In this document: positions 10,474 to 19,112 of the stretch, piece after piece
Layout: each line of letters begins with the position of its first letter
Position numbering within the stretch: the first letter of the stretch is position 1
Assembly: GCF_033096445.1 (NCBI RefSeq)
Contig: NZ_AP028155.1
Location: forward strand, 561,880-625,879
Length of the DNA stretch: 64,000 nucleotides
Direction of reading: 5' to 3'
Source of the DNA: Butyricimonas faecihominis
Lineage (GTDB): Bacteria > Bacteroidota > Bacteroidia > Bacteroidales > Marinifilaceae
The notes under the pieces: generated by a model
What the model saw: the letters and a program-made list of their open reading frames with translations, nothing else
What the model was told of the DNA's origin: nothing
Databases searched by the model: none
Program-made: the position numbers and the translations under genes

Positions 10474-10494
10474 TTTTACAATAGTTTTACAATA
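10474..10494 (+). promoter_or_regulatory. Direct repeat TTTTACAATA-G-TTTTACAATA, a candidate OmpR-type RR binding site, with a TATGTTTG -7 box at 10526-10533
   Basis: A tandem 10-mer about 30 bp upstream of a TAnnTTTG box and about 80 bp upstream of the ABC ATPase start. The region is divergent from the HK/RR operon. Confidence 0.4.
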
Positions 10495-10575
10495 ATTCAG
10501 GGTGATTTTCTAGGAAGGAGTTCGTTATGTTTGTAATGGTAAAATAAATCATGAATCAACTAATACTTAAATCGT

Positions 10576-11241
10576 ATGATAATTTTAGAAAATATTAATA
10601 AAACGTTTTACACGAGCGAGGTGGAGACACGGGCATTGGAAGATATTAATTTGACGGTGGAGAAAGGTGAGTTTGTGGCTATCATGGGACCTTCGGGGTG
10701 TGGGAAGAGTACGATGTTGAATATTATGGGGTTGTTGGATAAGCCAACGAGTGGTTGGGTGATTATTGATGATGTCCGGGCGGATTCTTTGTATGATCGG
10801 GATATGGCGAGGATTCGTAACCAGAAACTGGGGTTTATTTTCCAGAGTTTCCATTTGATCCCGTCGCTGAACGTGTTGGATAACGTGTTGCTTCCGATGT
10901 TGTATCGCCGGGGAAGTTCCGCATCGGCCAATAAGAAAAGGGCACTGGAATTAATTGAAAAGGTCGGGTTGACTCATCGGTTGAAACATTTCCCCTCGCA
11001 GTTGTCCGGGGGACAGTGCCAACGGGTGGCGATAGCGAGGGCATTGATCGGGCAGCCGAAAGTGATTCTGGCAGACGAGCCGACGGGAAATTTGGATAGT
11101 AAGATGGGAGCGGAGATCATGGATTTGCTCGTGCAATTGAATCGGGAGGGAACGACAATCGTGATGGTGACGCATGATGAGAGGTTGGCAGAGGAAACCG
11201 GACGGATCATTCGTTTGTTTGACGGGAAGTTAGTATTATGA
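10576..11241 (+). CDS. ABC transporter ATP-binding protein (MacB/LolD-type)
   Basis: Walker A GPSGCGKST, signature LSGGQCQRVAIARAL, Walker B ILADEPTGNLD. Confidence 0.95.
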   Translation: MIILENINKTFYTSEVETRALEDINLTVEKGEFVAIMGPSGCGKSTMLNIMGLLDKPTSGWVIIDDVRADSLYDRDMARIRNQKLGFIFQSFHLIPSLNVLDNVLLPMLYRRGSSASANKKRALELIEKVGLTHRLKHFPSQLSGGQCQRVAIARALIGQPKVILADEPTGNLDSKMGAEIMDLLVQLNREGTTIVMVTHDERLAEETGRIIRLFDGKLVL

Positions 11242-11384
11242 ATCGGCGGAAAAATTATATTATCCCGGCGTTTTACCATATCCGGCACAACCTGTCGTTC
11301 GCGATTTTTTACGTGTTGATGTTGAGTACTTGGTATCCATCTTACCAGGTGACGAAGGTAAATCCGGCGGAGACTTTAAAATAA
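11238..11384 (+). pseudogene. 48-codon in-frame remnant of an FtsX/MacB permease (N-terminus of an A-type permease fused to the C-terminus of a B-type permease)
   Basis: Translates to MNRRKNYIIPAFYHIRHNLSFAIFYVLMLSTWYPSYQVTKVNPAETLK. The N-terminus matches MNKWKNY...HNKVYALFCV of the 13798 permease. The C-terminus matches WWPAY(R/K)V..VNPVEAMRE of the 12614 and 15018 permeases. ATGA overlap with the ATPase stop. Confidence 0.6.
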
Positions 11385-11396
11385 AAAGAGAGGCGT

Positions 11397-12617
11397 ATGG
11401 AAAGAATAAGAATATATTTCAAGCCAATTTGGTATAATATCATACACCATAAAGCGTATGCCGGATTCTGTGTGTTCGGGACGATGTTGACATTCGTGTT
11501 TATCACGATATTGTTGCAAGTGGCATACGTGATATTGTGTGATACGGCTCCAGCTGTTGCGGCGGATCGAATTGTGAGTGTTCCTTTCGTGTTGAGAGAT
11601 AACAAGGGAGAGGCGGTGAAAGGTTTGAATAAGTCGGATATTCGAACATTGATGAACAATGTGAGAGAGGAGGTCTGTTACACGTCTTATCATTATGAAG
11701 CGGTAGATATTATCGTGAATGGACGATATGATGAGTATGGTATTTATTTTATCGATCGCAATTATTGGAATGTGTTCCAGTTTGAGCTTTTGCAAGGTCA
11801 TTTTTTTACAGAGGACGAGATGCAGATGTCTTGTGTGATCGTTAATGAAAATTTCGTGAGAAGTTTTTTTCCGGATAAATCGGTTATCAATAAGGAAATT
11901 CAGATTGAAGGTAACACGTATAGGATTACTGGTGTGGTGGCTGATGTTTCCTATTTTGCTCCGCAGGGAAAGGCTTCTTTATGGGTTCCTGAGAAGTTTA
12001 GTAAAAATGAATCAAATGATTGGGTAGAAACTTATATTCTTTATCCAGAAAATATGAGTACAGAAACAATAATTCGAAGTGTAACTAATGCTTATCAATT
12101 TTTTGTTAAGACATATTATAATATAGATAAAAGTGTCTCGGTGAAACAGATTAGTACAGAGAAACAGTTTATTCGGAAAATGTATGGAGGTGGTTTATTT
12201 CTCTCTGGAGTGGGCGTGATGGTTTTTATACTTTTGGTTGTACCTGTTTTGAATATTGTTTTGTTGAGTATGGCGAATACAAGTGTGCAAGCGAGAGAAA
12301 TAGGGCTTAAGCGAGCGTTAGGCGCCAGTAAAAAAACGTCTTTTTTATTTATTTTGGTAGAAAATGTTTTGCTGGTTATTATGGGTACAGTTTTGGGGAT
12401 TCTGTTGACTGTTCCCGTGTGTTGCGGAATCGATTGGATTGTGTTTTCGAACAGTATAGAGGGACAAATGATGTTATTACCAGAGTTGAATTGGACCATT
12501 ATTTTCATCAGCGTGTTGCCTTTGGCTTTGTTGTTTTCTTTCTTGTCGGGGGGAATTCCCGCATATTTGACTGTGAAACGTCCTATTGTAGATATGTTGA
12601 AAGGAGGTACGAAATGA
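11397..12617 (+). CDS. ABC transporter permease, FtsX/MacB family (A-type, pair 1)
   Basis: N-terminal TM helix, periplasmic MacB-like domain, C-terminal FtsX 3-TM bundle (LKRALGASKKTSFLFILVE ...). Confidence 0.85.
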   Translation: MERIRIYFKPIWYNIIHHKAYAGFCVFGTMLTFVFITILLQVAYVILCDTAPAVAADRIVSVPFVLRDNKGEAVKGLNKSDIRTLMNNVREEVCYTSYHYEAVDIIVNGRYDEYGIYFIDRNYWNVFQFELLQGHFFTEDEMQMSCVIVNENFVRSFFPDKSVINKEIQIEGNTYRITGVVADVSYFAPQGKASLWVPEKFSKNESNDWVETYILYPENMSTETIIRSVTNAYQFFVKTYYNIDKSVSVKQISTEKQFIRKMYGGGLFLSGVGVMVFILLVVPVLNIVLLSMANTSVQAREIGLKRALGASKKTSFLFILVENVLLVIMGTVLGILLTVPVCCGIDWIVFSNSIEGQMMLLPELNWTIIFISVLPLALLFSFLSGGIPAYLTVKRPIVDMLKGGTK

Positions 12618-13783
12618 TGAGGCATATTTTTACATTGTTTTTAAATCAAAAAAGAACATTCGGGGGTATGCTTGCGGAACAGATACTTGTGTTTCTTGCA
12701 TTACTATTTTGTTTTGTTATTGTCGGAGAGAAGATTGCTCAATATTTTTCGCCGGGGATATTGAATACTAAGAATACATTTAAATGTATGTTACATCCTG
12801 TTTTACCCTCGGAAGATTTTTCGCCTGCGGAATTACAGCAAAAGATGGATCGTGTTGTTGAAAAGGTACGAAAATCTCCTTTTGTGACTGCTTTGGGAAA
12901 AAGTAAATGGTTGGTTCCTTATACTCGTCCTGAAGAGATGTACTTGAGTGATTCGATCCAAATAGGAACGAGAAAGATTCAGGTATTTTTGAAGTTTGCG
13001 GATAAGTACATGAATCAAGTTTTTCAATTACAAATGGAAGAGGGGGTATGGCTGACGGATGAGCCGTTGGAGGATGGAAGTTATCCAGCCGTGATAACCA
13101 GTCAGTTGATGGAGGAACTTAGTTGGTCACAAGGGATCGGTAAGAGAATACATTATAATGGGATCGTGTTTACGGTTGTAGGCGTGGTGGCGGGAATAAA
13201 GCAGGAGCCATTAAAGGTTGCACGGCCCACGATGATCGTGCCTAATCGAGTACAACCGGATACGTGGTTTGAATATACAGCTCGTATAAAAGAGGGAGAG
13301 GCGGATAATTTTAGGAGTTTGATGAGCAAAGAATTTAATCTGATGATGGGCAAGGATTATGTGAGATTATCTTTTGGAAATATTGAAAAGTGGAAACTGA
13401 ATGATATGCGAGATGTCTTTATTATCTTACTTGGCATAGGGATTCCTACGTTTTTTCTTTTTTCATTTGCGTTTATCGGAACTTTTGGATTGTTTTGGCT
13501 AAATTCTTCCAAACGGCGGAAAGAGTTTGCCTTGCGGATTGTGGTTGGTTCCACGCCCCGAGAATTATATTGTTTTGTGATAAGTGAGAGCTTATTGCTT
13601 TCGGTATTAGCGTTACTACCGGGGATTATTTTATTTTGTTTTGTCTATCCGTTGGATCCGGTCTATTTGTCTGCGTTAGGATGTGCTTGTTGGGTGATGA
13701 TTTTGTTCTCGGTGTTTAGTGCCTGGTGGCCAGCTTATAGGGTGACTCGGGTAAATCCCGTGGAGGCGATGCGAGAAGAATAG
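12614..13783 (+). CDS. ABC transporter permease, FtsX/MacB family (B-type, pair 1)
   Basis: In-frame ATG at 12614 overlaps the upstream stop (ATGATGA). The listed ORF from 12419 is read-through. Ends with WWPAYRVTRVNPVEAMREE. Confidence 0.8.
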   Translation: MMRHIFTLFLNQKRTFGGMLAEQILVFLALLFCFVIVGEKIAQYFSPGILNTKNTFKCMLHPVLPSEDFSPAELQQKMDRVVEKVRKSPFVTALGKSKWLVPYTRPEEMYLSDSIQIGTRKIQVFLKFADKYMNQVFQLQMEEGVWLTDEPLEDGSYPAVITSQLMEELSWSQGIGKRIHYNGIVFTVVGVVAGIKQEPLKVARPTMIVPNRVQPDTWFEYTARIKEGEADNFRSLMSKEFNLMMGKDYVRLSFGNIEKWKLNDMRDVFIILLGIGIPTFFLFSFAFIGTFGLFWLNSSKRRKEFALRIVVGSTPRELYCFVISESLLLSVLALLPGIILFCFVYPLDPVYLSALGCACWVMILFSVFSAWWPAYRVTRVNPVEAMREE

Positions 13784-13797
13784 TAAATAAAGAGATT

Positions 13798-15021
13798 ATG
13801 AATAAATGGAAAAATTATTTAAGATCAGCATTGTGTAGTATAGGGCATAATAAAGTGTATGCTTTGTTCTGCGTGATTGGTACAGCATTTACATTCGTGT
13901 TCATTATTATCATGCTTCAACTCGTGTATGATACAACCAGTGATAAAGCTCCTTTTGTGAATGGTGATAGGACAATTGTGTTCAGCACTTTTCAAGATAT
14001 GAATGGACGGGATGTTGGAGGTATATACTCGAAGAGTACGGCTTGGTTAATGGAAAGGATACGGACGAAAGAGGATTATTTCATGTATTATAATAGTGTC
14101 GGGGAGGTGGCCGTGAATGACGTGTACAAGACACTTTCTTTTGCTTTTGTAAATGGAGGTTATTGGAAGATTAACCAGTTCCATTTTATAGAAGGGCGTC
14201 CTTTCACAGAACAGGAATGCCTGAATAAAGATGCGTATGTCGTGTTGAGGGAGGATATGGCAGGGATGTTTTTCAAGAGGGAAAGTGTTGTCGGGAAAAA
14301 AATGGAGATTCAGGGGAGAGAGTACACGGTTATCGGCGTGGTGCGTAATTTTCCGACTTATGCGATTCGTGCGGACGGGATATGGATACCTCATGTTTTT
14401 AATAGCTTTTCGCCTCGTGGGTTTGGGTATTACGATTTGGGTGTTCTGTTTCCCCGGGATGTCCCCGTCCAAAATATGAAAGAAGATGTTGCCGTGGCGG
14501 TTAAGGATTATTGGCGGCAAATAAATATGCAAGTGGATGTGAAACCGGAGAATTTATATACATTCCGAGAGGCAAGAATTGATAATTTCGGTTCTGATTT
14601 GTATGCTTACGGGATTCCCGTGGCTATTCTCTTGTTGCTACTTATTCCTGCGATAAATATTGTTACCTTGAATATGGCGAACGTGGATAATTATTCGGAT
14701 GAAATTGCGTTGAAACGAGCTTTGGGAGCAGGGCTTGGGGATTCGTTCATGCAAGTGATCTCTGAGATCGCTCTGTTGGTGATTGTCGGGGCTATTTTAG
14801 GTATATTCCTGACGTACCCGGTGGCGGATTGGATCAGTGTGTCATTTTTTAATAACGGAGACGAGGGACAAATATCGTTGATAGAGGATTTGGACTATCT
14901 GGTTATTCTATGCGGGGTGTTTCCTCTCTCGTTGTTGTTTACATTATTATCTGGTGGAATTCCGGCATATATTATTGCCCGGAAAAATATAGCTACGGTT
15001 TTGAAAGGAGGTTCTAAATGA
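13798..15021 (+). CDS. ABC transporter permease, FtsX/MacB family (A-type, pair 2)
   Basis: Paralog of 11397-12617 with the same length class and architecture. Confidence 0.85.
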   Translation: MNKWKNYLRSALCSIGHNKVYALFCVIGTAFTFVFIIIMLQLVYDTTSDKAPFVNGDRTIVFSTFQDMNGRDVGGIYSKSTAWLMERIRTKEDYFMYYNSVGEVAVNDVYKTLSFAFVNGGYWKINQFHFIEGRPFTEQECLNKDAYVVLREDMAGMFFKRESVVGKKMEIQGREYTVIGVVRNFPTYAIRADGIWIPHVFNSFSPRGFGYYDLGVLFPRDVPVQNMKEDVAVAVKDYWRQINMQVDVKPENLYTFREARIDNFGSDLYAYGIPVAILLLLLIPAINIVTLNMANVDNYSDEIALKRALGAGLGDSFMQVISEIALLVIVGAILGIFLTYPVADWISVSFFNNGDEGQISLIEDLDYLVILCGVFPLSLLFTLLSGGIPAYIIARKNIATVLKGGSK

Positions 15022-16205
15022 TAGGGCATGTATTAAAGATGCTTTGGCAGGAGCGGAGAAAATATGCCGGGGTATTGATGGAGCAAATGTTGATATTTGT
15101 TATTCTGATGGTAAGTATGGTGGCTTTGTTTGAAACGATAGACAAATATCGGGAACCCGGACTATTAAATACGGATAATACGATGATTTTCGGGTATATG
15201 TTGCACGGTGGTGGTAATGGTAGTCCGTATGACATGCGGGATGTGGGACAGGGAATGAATATTATTATTGAAAAATTGAAGAAGGAACCGTTCGTGGTGG
15301 CGATCACCCGGAGTTACGGTTTGGCTCCTTATCTACGTTCGGATGTTTATTATGACGGGATGTTTGCCGACACGGTTAAGGTGGATGGAAAATCCGTGGT
15401 AGTTATTGTAAAGTTTGCTGATAAAGAGGCGCAGAGTGTTTTTCAACCGAAATTGGAGGAAGGTGAGTGGCTTACGAATAATGCTTTGGAGGACGGCTTT
15501 CGTCCTGCAGTCATAACTCGCCAGTTGATGAATAAGTTGGGGTGGAGTGAGGCGATAGGGAAAAGATTGTACCTAGCGGGACGTACGTTGACTATCGTGG
15601 GGATAAGTCCTGGCGTGAAACAAAATGTTTTTTCCGATATGCCTACGGCGATAATCATTCCTAGGGATGAGGAACAATTATCTTCTTACGAGGAATGTTG
15701 TGCCAAGATCAAGCTAGGATACGAAAATGAGTTTCACTCTTGTTTTAGCAAGGAATATAAGCGACTGGGGTTAGCAGAAAAGGCAGTATCGTTTTGTTAT
15801 GAAATGAGCGGATTGAAACGAGGATCTATGTTCGATGTCGTTTTCGGTGTTGCCATGCGAGCTATTCCCACGGCTTTTTTGTTACTTTTTGCGTTTATCG
15901 GGACATTTGGTTTGTTTTGGTTAAGTTCTAAAAAGCGGAAAGTGGAGTTTGCTTTGCGTTTGGTGGTTGGTGCTACGAAACAGCGCTTGATAGGCCTTGT
16001 CGTAACGGAAAGTTTAATTTTGAGTGTTTTGGCAGCCTTACCGGGAATGATTTTTTTTGGTTTCGTGTATGAATGGACGGGAGTAAACGTGGCTGCGATT
16101 GGGATGACTTTGGTCGTGATGATTGTTTTTGCGGTGTTTAGTGCCTGGTGGCCGGCTTATAAAGTGGCGCAGGTGAACCCAGTGGAAGCAATGCGAGAAG
16201 CGTAA
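15018..16205 (+). CDS. ABC transporter permease, FtsX/MacB family (B-type, pair 2)
   Basis: Paralog of 12614-13783. C-terminus WWPAYKVAQVNPVEAMREA. ATGA overlap with the upstream gene. Confidence 0.85.
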   Translation: MIGHVLKMLWQERRKYAGVLMEQMLIFVILMVSMVALFETIDKYREPGLLNTDNTMIFGYMLHGGGNGSPYDMRDVGQGMNIIIEKLKKEPFVVAITRSYGLAPYLRSDVYYDGMFADTVKVDGKSVVVIVKFADKEAQSVFQPKLEEGEWLTNNALEDGFRPAVITRQLMNKLGWSEAIGKRLYLAGRTLTIVGISPGVKQNVFSDMPTAIIIPRDEEQLSSYEECCAKIKLGYENEFHSCFSKEYKRLGLAEKAVSFCYEMSGLKRGSMFDVVFGVAMRAIPTAFLLLFAFIGTFGLFWLSSKKRKVEFALRLVVGATKQRLIGLVVTESLILSVLAALPGMIFFGFVYEWTGVNVAAIGMTLVVMIVFAVFSAWWPAYKVAQVNPVEAMREA

Positions 16206-16221
16206 CAGTAAAAATGGAGAT

Positions 16222-17691
16222 ATGATGAAAGGATTATTTATATGGTGGTGTTTATTGGTAGTTTTACCTGTTGCAGCTCAGCAAGAACAGAAGGTTGTTT
16301 CTTTGGAAGAGGCGATTCGTTTGGCACGGGAACAATCGCTGGATGCGATGGTGGCAAAAAGTCAGTTGAGATCAGCATACTGGCAATATCGAAATTATAG
16401 ATCCGATTTGTTACCAAACGTGACATTGACGGGAACATTACCGAGTTTTAACCGGACGTTATCGAGTTATTTGAAGGAAGATGGGACGTACAAATATATT
16501 TCCAGTAATTCGATTTCGGAGCAGTTGGCGTTGTCGGTGACACAGAATATCCCGCTGACGGGAGGTGCGTTGTCCTTACAATCACAGGTGGAGCGGGTGG
16601 ACCAGTTGGATGGTGACAAGACAACGGAGTATATGAGCGTGCCGTTTAACGTGATTTTCTCACAGCCGTTGATCACGGCGAATCCCTTGAAATGGAGTAT
16701 GAAGATCGAGCCGGAAAAGTACAAGCAAGCTCGTCAACAGTTTGCCGTGAACATGGAAAACGTGGCAGTACAGGCTATATCGTATTATTTCGATTTATTG
16801 CTGGCGATGATTAACGTGGATATTGATCGGCAGAATTTGAAAAATTCGGAAAAACTGATGCAGATAGCACAAGGCAAACGTGAGAGAGGATTAATTTCCG
16901 ATAATGATTTGTTACAATTGAAGTTGAATTACTTGAATGCCTCGTCATCGCTGATTCAGACGGAGCAGGCTTACGAGCAGAAAATGTTTGCTTTGCGTAA
17001 TTATCTGGGATATAATGAACGCGTGGTGATTGTTCCTGATATGCCGGAAGAGTGTCCGGAAGTCGAGGTGACGTTTAAAGAGGTTATGGAGCTGGCGAAT
17101 AGGAATAATCCTTTCCGTTATGATGTGGTTTGCCGGATGCTGCAAGCACGTCAGCAGGTGGCACAAGCAAAAGCCGGGAGAGGGTTTAAGGCAGACGTTT
17201 ATGCTTCGATCGGGTTCACGGGAAGTGATAGGACGTTTAAAGAGACATACCAGAATCTGCGAAACCGGGAGGCGGTTAGCTTGGGGATAAGTATTCCAAT
17301 ATTGAATTGGGGGAAGGGACGGGGACAGGTGGAGTTGGCCCGTTCGCAAGCAGAGATCACACGGGTACAGGTGGAGAAGGAAACATTGAATTTCGAACAA
17401 GATGTGATGACGGCGGTAAAACAATATCAGGAACAGAATCGGCTGAACGAGATCGTGCGTTTGGCGGATACCGTTGCCCGGAAGCGTTACAAGACGGCAT
17501 ACGAGACTTTCGTGTTGGGGCAGATCAGTGTGCTGGATTTGAATGCGGCACAGACGGAGCAGGATAATGCCCGACGTACTTATGTCAGTCAATTGTATTC
17601 GTCATGGGTGTATTTTTATGCCTTGCGTAGGTTGACTTTGTATGATTTTGAAAAGAGAGAAGATATAATTTATCAACAAGAAAAATATTAG
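16222..17691 (+). CDS. TolC-family outer membrane efflux protein
   Basis: Signal peptide ending in AAQQ. Two TolC-like repeat halves. 489 aa. Its position downstream of the ABC permeases supports the call. Confidence 0.85.
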   Translation: MMKGLFIWWCLLVVLPVAAQQEQKVVSLEEAIRLAREQSLDAMVAKSQLRSAYWQYRNYRSDLLPNVTLTGTLPSFNRTLSSYLKEDGTYKYISSNSISEQLALSVTQNIPLTGGALSLQSQVERVDQLDGDKTTEYMSVPFNVIFSQPLITANPLKWSMKIEPEKYKQARQQFAVNMENVAVQAISYYFDLLLAMINVDIDRQNLKNSEKLMQIAQGKRERGLISDNDLLQLKLNYLNASSSLIQTEQAYEQKMFALRNYLGYNERVVIVPDMPEECPEVEVTFKEVMELANRNNPFRYDVVCRMLQARQQVAQAKAGRGFKADVYASIGFTGSDRTFKETYQNLRNREAVSLGISIPILNWGKGRGQVELARSQAEITRVQVEKETLNFEQDVMTAVKQYQEQNRLNEIVRLADTVARKRYKTAYETFVLGQISVLDLNAAQTEQDNARRTYVSQLYSSWVYFYALRRLTLYDFEKREDIIYQQEKY

Positions 17692-17694
17692 ATT

Positions 17695-18939
17695 ATGGAT
17701 CAGGCAATATCGCCGGAGATAAAAAGACAGCGTAAACGGAAAATGGTCGTAAGGGTTACTATGATTGTGGTAATATGTGTGGGGGTGTTTTCTTTTTTGG
17801 TGAATATGTTTCAACCTAAGATTCGGGGAGCGGAGGTGAATTTCGGTGTGGTGGATGAGGGGGCAGTGGAGGTTTCCGTGTATGCCACGGGAAAGGTGGT
17901 TCCTTTTGCAGAAGAAATCATCACTTCTCCGGTGTCTTCGAAGGTGCTGGAAGTGTATAAAAAGTCGGGGGATCGGGTGCAGAAAGATGAACCGTTGTTA
18001 CAGTTGGATCTGGAAACAATACGGACGGAGTACGAAACGAAGAAGGAGTCGTTGGAGATGCAATTGAATAAATTGGATTTACAGCGTAAAACGATAGCGA
18101 GTGATTTGGCGGAAATGAAAATGCAGGTGGATATTGATGAGATGATGTTGAAACGAACTTTGGTTTCGCTGAATAACGAGCGCTATCTGGATAGTATCGG
18201 GGCCAGTACGAGGGAAAAGGTGCGGGAGGCGGAATTGAATTACACGGTGAAACAAATGCAATTGGAACAATTGAAACGGAAGTTTGAAAATAAAAAGAGT
18301 ACTTCACAATCGGAAATTCGCTCGCTGGAGTTGGATTACAAGATTGCCAAGAGGAACATGGATTTGTTGTTCAAGACGCTTGGGGAGGCTCAGGTGATGG
18401 CGCCTCGTGTCGCCACGTTGACTTGGATTAATGATCAGGTAGGGGCTTCTGTTTCGCAGGGAAGTAATTTGGCGATATTGTCTGATTTGTCGAGTTTTAA
18501 GGTAGAAGGCGAGATTGTCGATAGTTACGCGGATAAGATTACCGCGGGGAACCGGGTGAACGTGGTGATCGGGAACGAGAAGCTTTCCGGTACAGTGGGG
18601 AATGTCACACCCTCGGTGAATAACGGAATTATCAAGTTTGTTGTGTTCTTGGATGATCAGAGTAATACTCGTTTGCGTTCCGGGCTGAAAGTGGATGTGC
18701 ATGTTACTCATGCCATGAAGGATGAAACGTTGCGTTTGCCGACGGGTGCTTATTACATGGGACGGGGAGATTATGATCTGTGGGTTGTCAACGGGGATCG
18801 GGTGGAAAAGAGGAAGGTTATGCTGGGAGAGAGTGGTTTCGAATACGTGGAGGTGTTGCAGGGGCTGACGGTCGGGGAGAAGGTTATTATCTCGGATATG
18901 GGAAAATACAGGGATAAGGAGGTGCTGTATGTGAGGTAA
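17695..18939 (+). CDS. HlyD-family periplasmic adaptor (membrane fusion protein)
   Basis: N-terminal TM anchor, long coiled-coil region (LQLDLETIRTEYETKKESLEMQLNKLDLQRK ...), C-terminal beta-barrel domains. 414 aa. Confidence 0.85.
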   Translation: MDQAISPEIKRQRKRKMVVRVTMIVVICVGVFSFLVNMFQPKIRGAEVNFGVVDEGAVEVSVYATGKVVPFAEEIITSPVSSKVLEVYKKSGDRVQKDEPLLQLDLETIRTEYETKKESLEMQLNKLDLQRKTIASDLAEMKMQVDIDEMMLKRTLVSLNNERYLDSIGASTREKVREAELNYTVKQMQLEQLKRKFENKKSTSQSEIRSLELDYKIAKRNMDLLFKTLGEAQVMAPRVATLTWINDQVGASVSQGSNLAILSDLSSFKVEGEIVDSYADKITAGNRVNVVIGNEKLSGTVGNVTPSVNNGIIKFVVFLDDQSNTRLRSGLKVDVHVTHAMKDETLRLPTGAYYMGRGDYDLWVVNGDRVEKRKVMLGESGFEYVEVLQGLTVGEKVIISDMGKYRDKEVLYVR

Positions 18940-18957
18940 GTTGCCAAGGGTAGCTTG

Positions 18958-19070
18958 TTAATTTATGATTTATGATTTATGATTTACGATTTATAATTGA
19001 AAGATATTAACCCGTGTAGCTGGAATCTAAAATCGTAATTCATAAATCGTAAATAATTTAATTTAGGTGT
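18958..19070. repeat. AT-rich tandem/inverted repeat: (ATTTATG)x4-ATTTACGATTTATAATTGAAAG ... AATCTAAAATCGTAATTCATAAATCGTAAATAA
   Basis: Direct reading. The right arm is an imperfect reverse complement of the left. Belongs to the AATCTAAAAT/ATTTATGATT arm family that recurs in this window. Confidence 0.7.
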
Positions 19071-19112
19071 TTTTGTTGAGAATATTTGTACAGGAACGAA
19101 TTTTAACTTATC

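Noticed and set aside
12419-12613. An upstream extension of the B1 permease ORF, giving a 454-aa reading
   Set aside because: The extension overlaps the 3' end of the A1 permease in another frame. An in-frame ATG at 12614 with an ATGATGA overlap, together with the paralog B2 length (395 aa), supports the shorter gene.
16222-18939. TolC/HlyD as part of a type I secretion system with an adjacent substrate
   Set aside because: No RTX/GG-leader substrate gene and no C39 peptidase domain on the ABC component were found. The FtsX permeases indicate a MacB-type efflux or extrusion pump rather than a T1SS.
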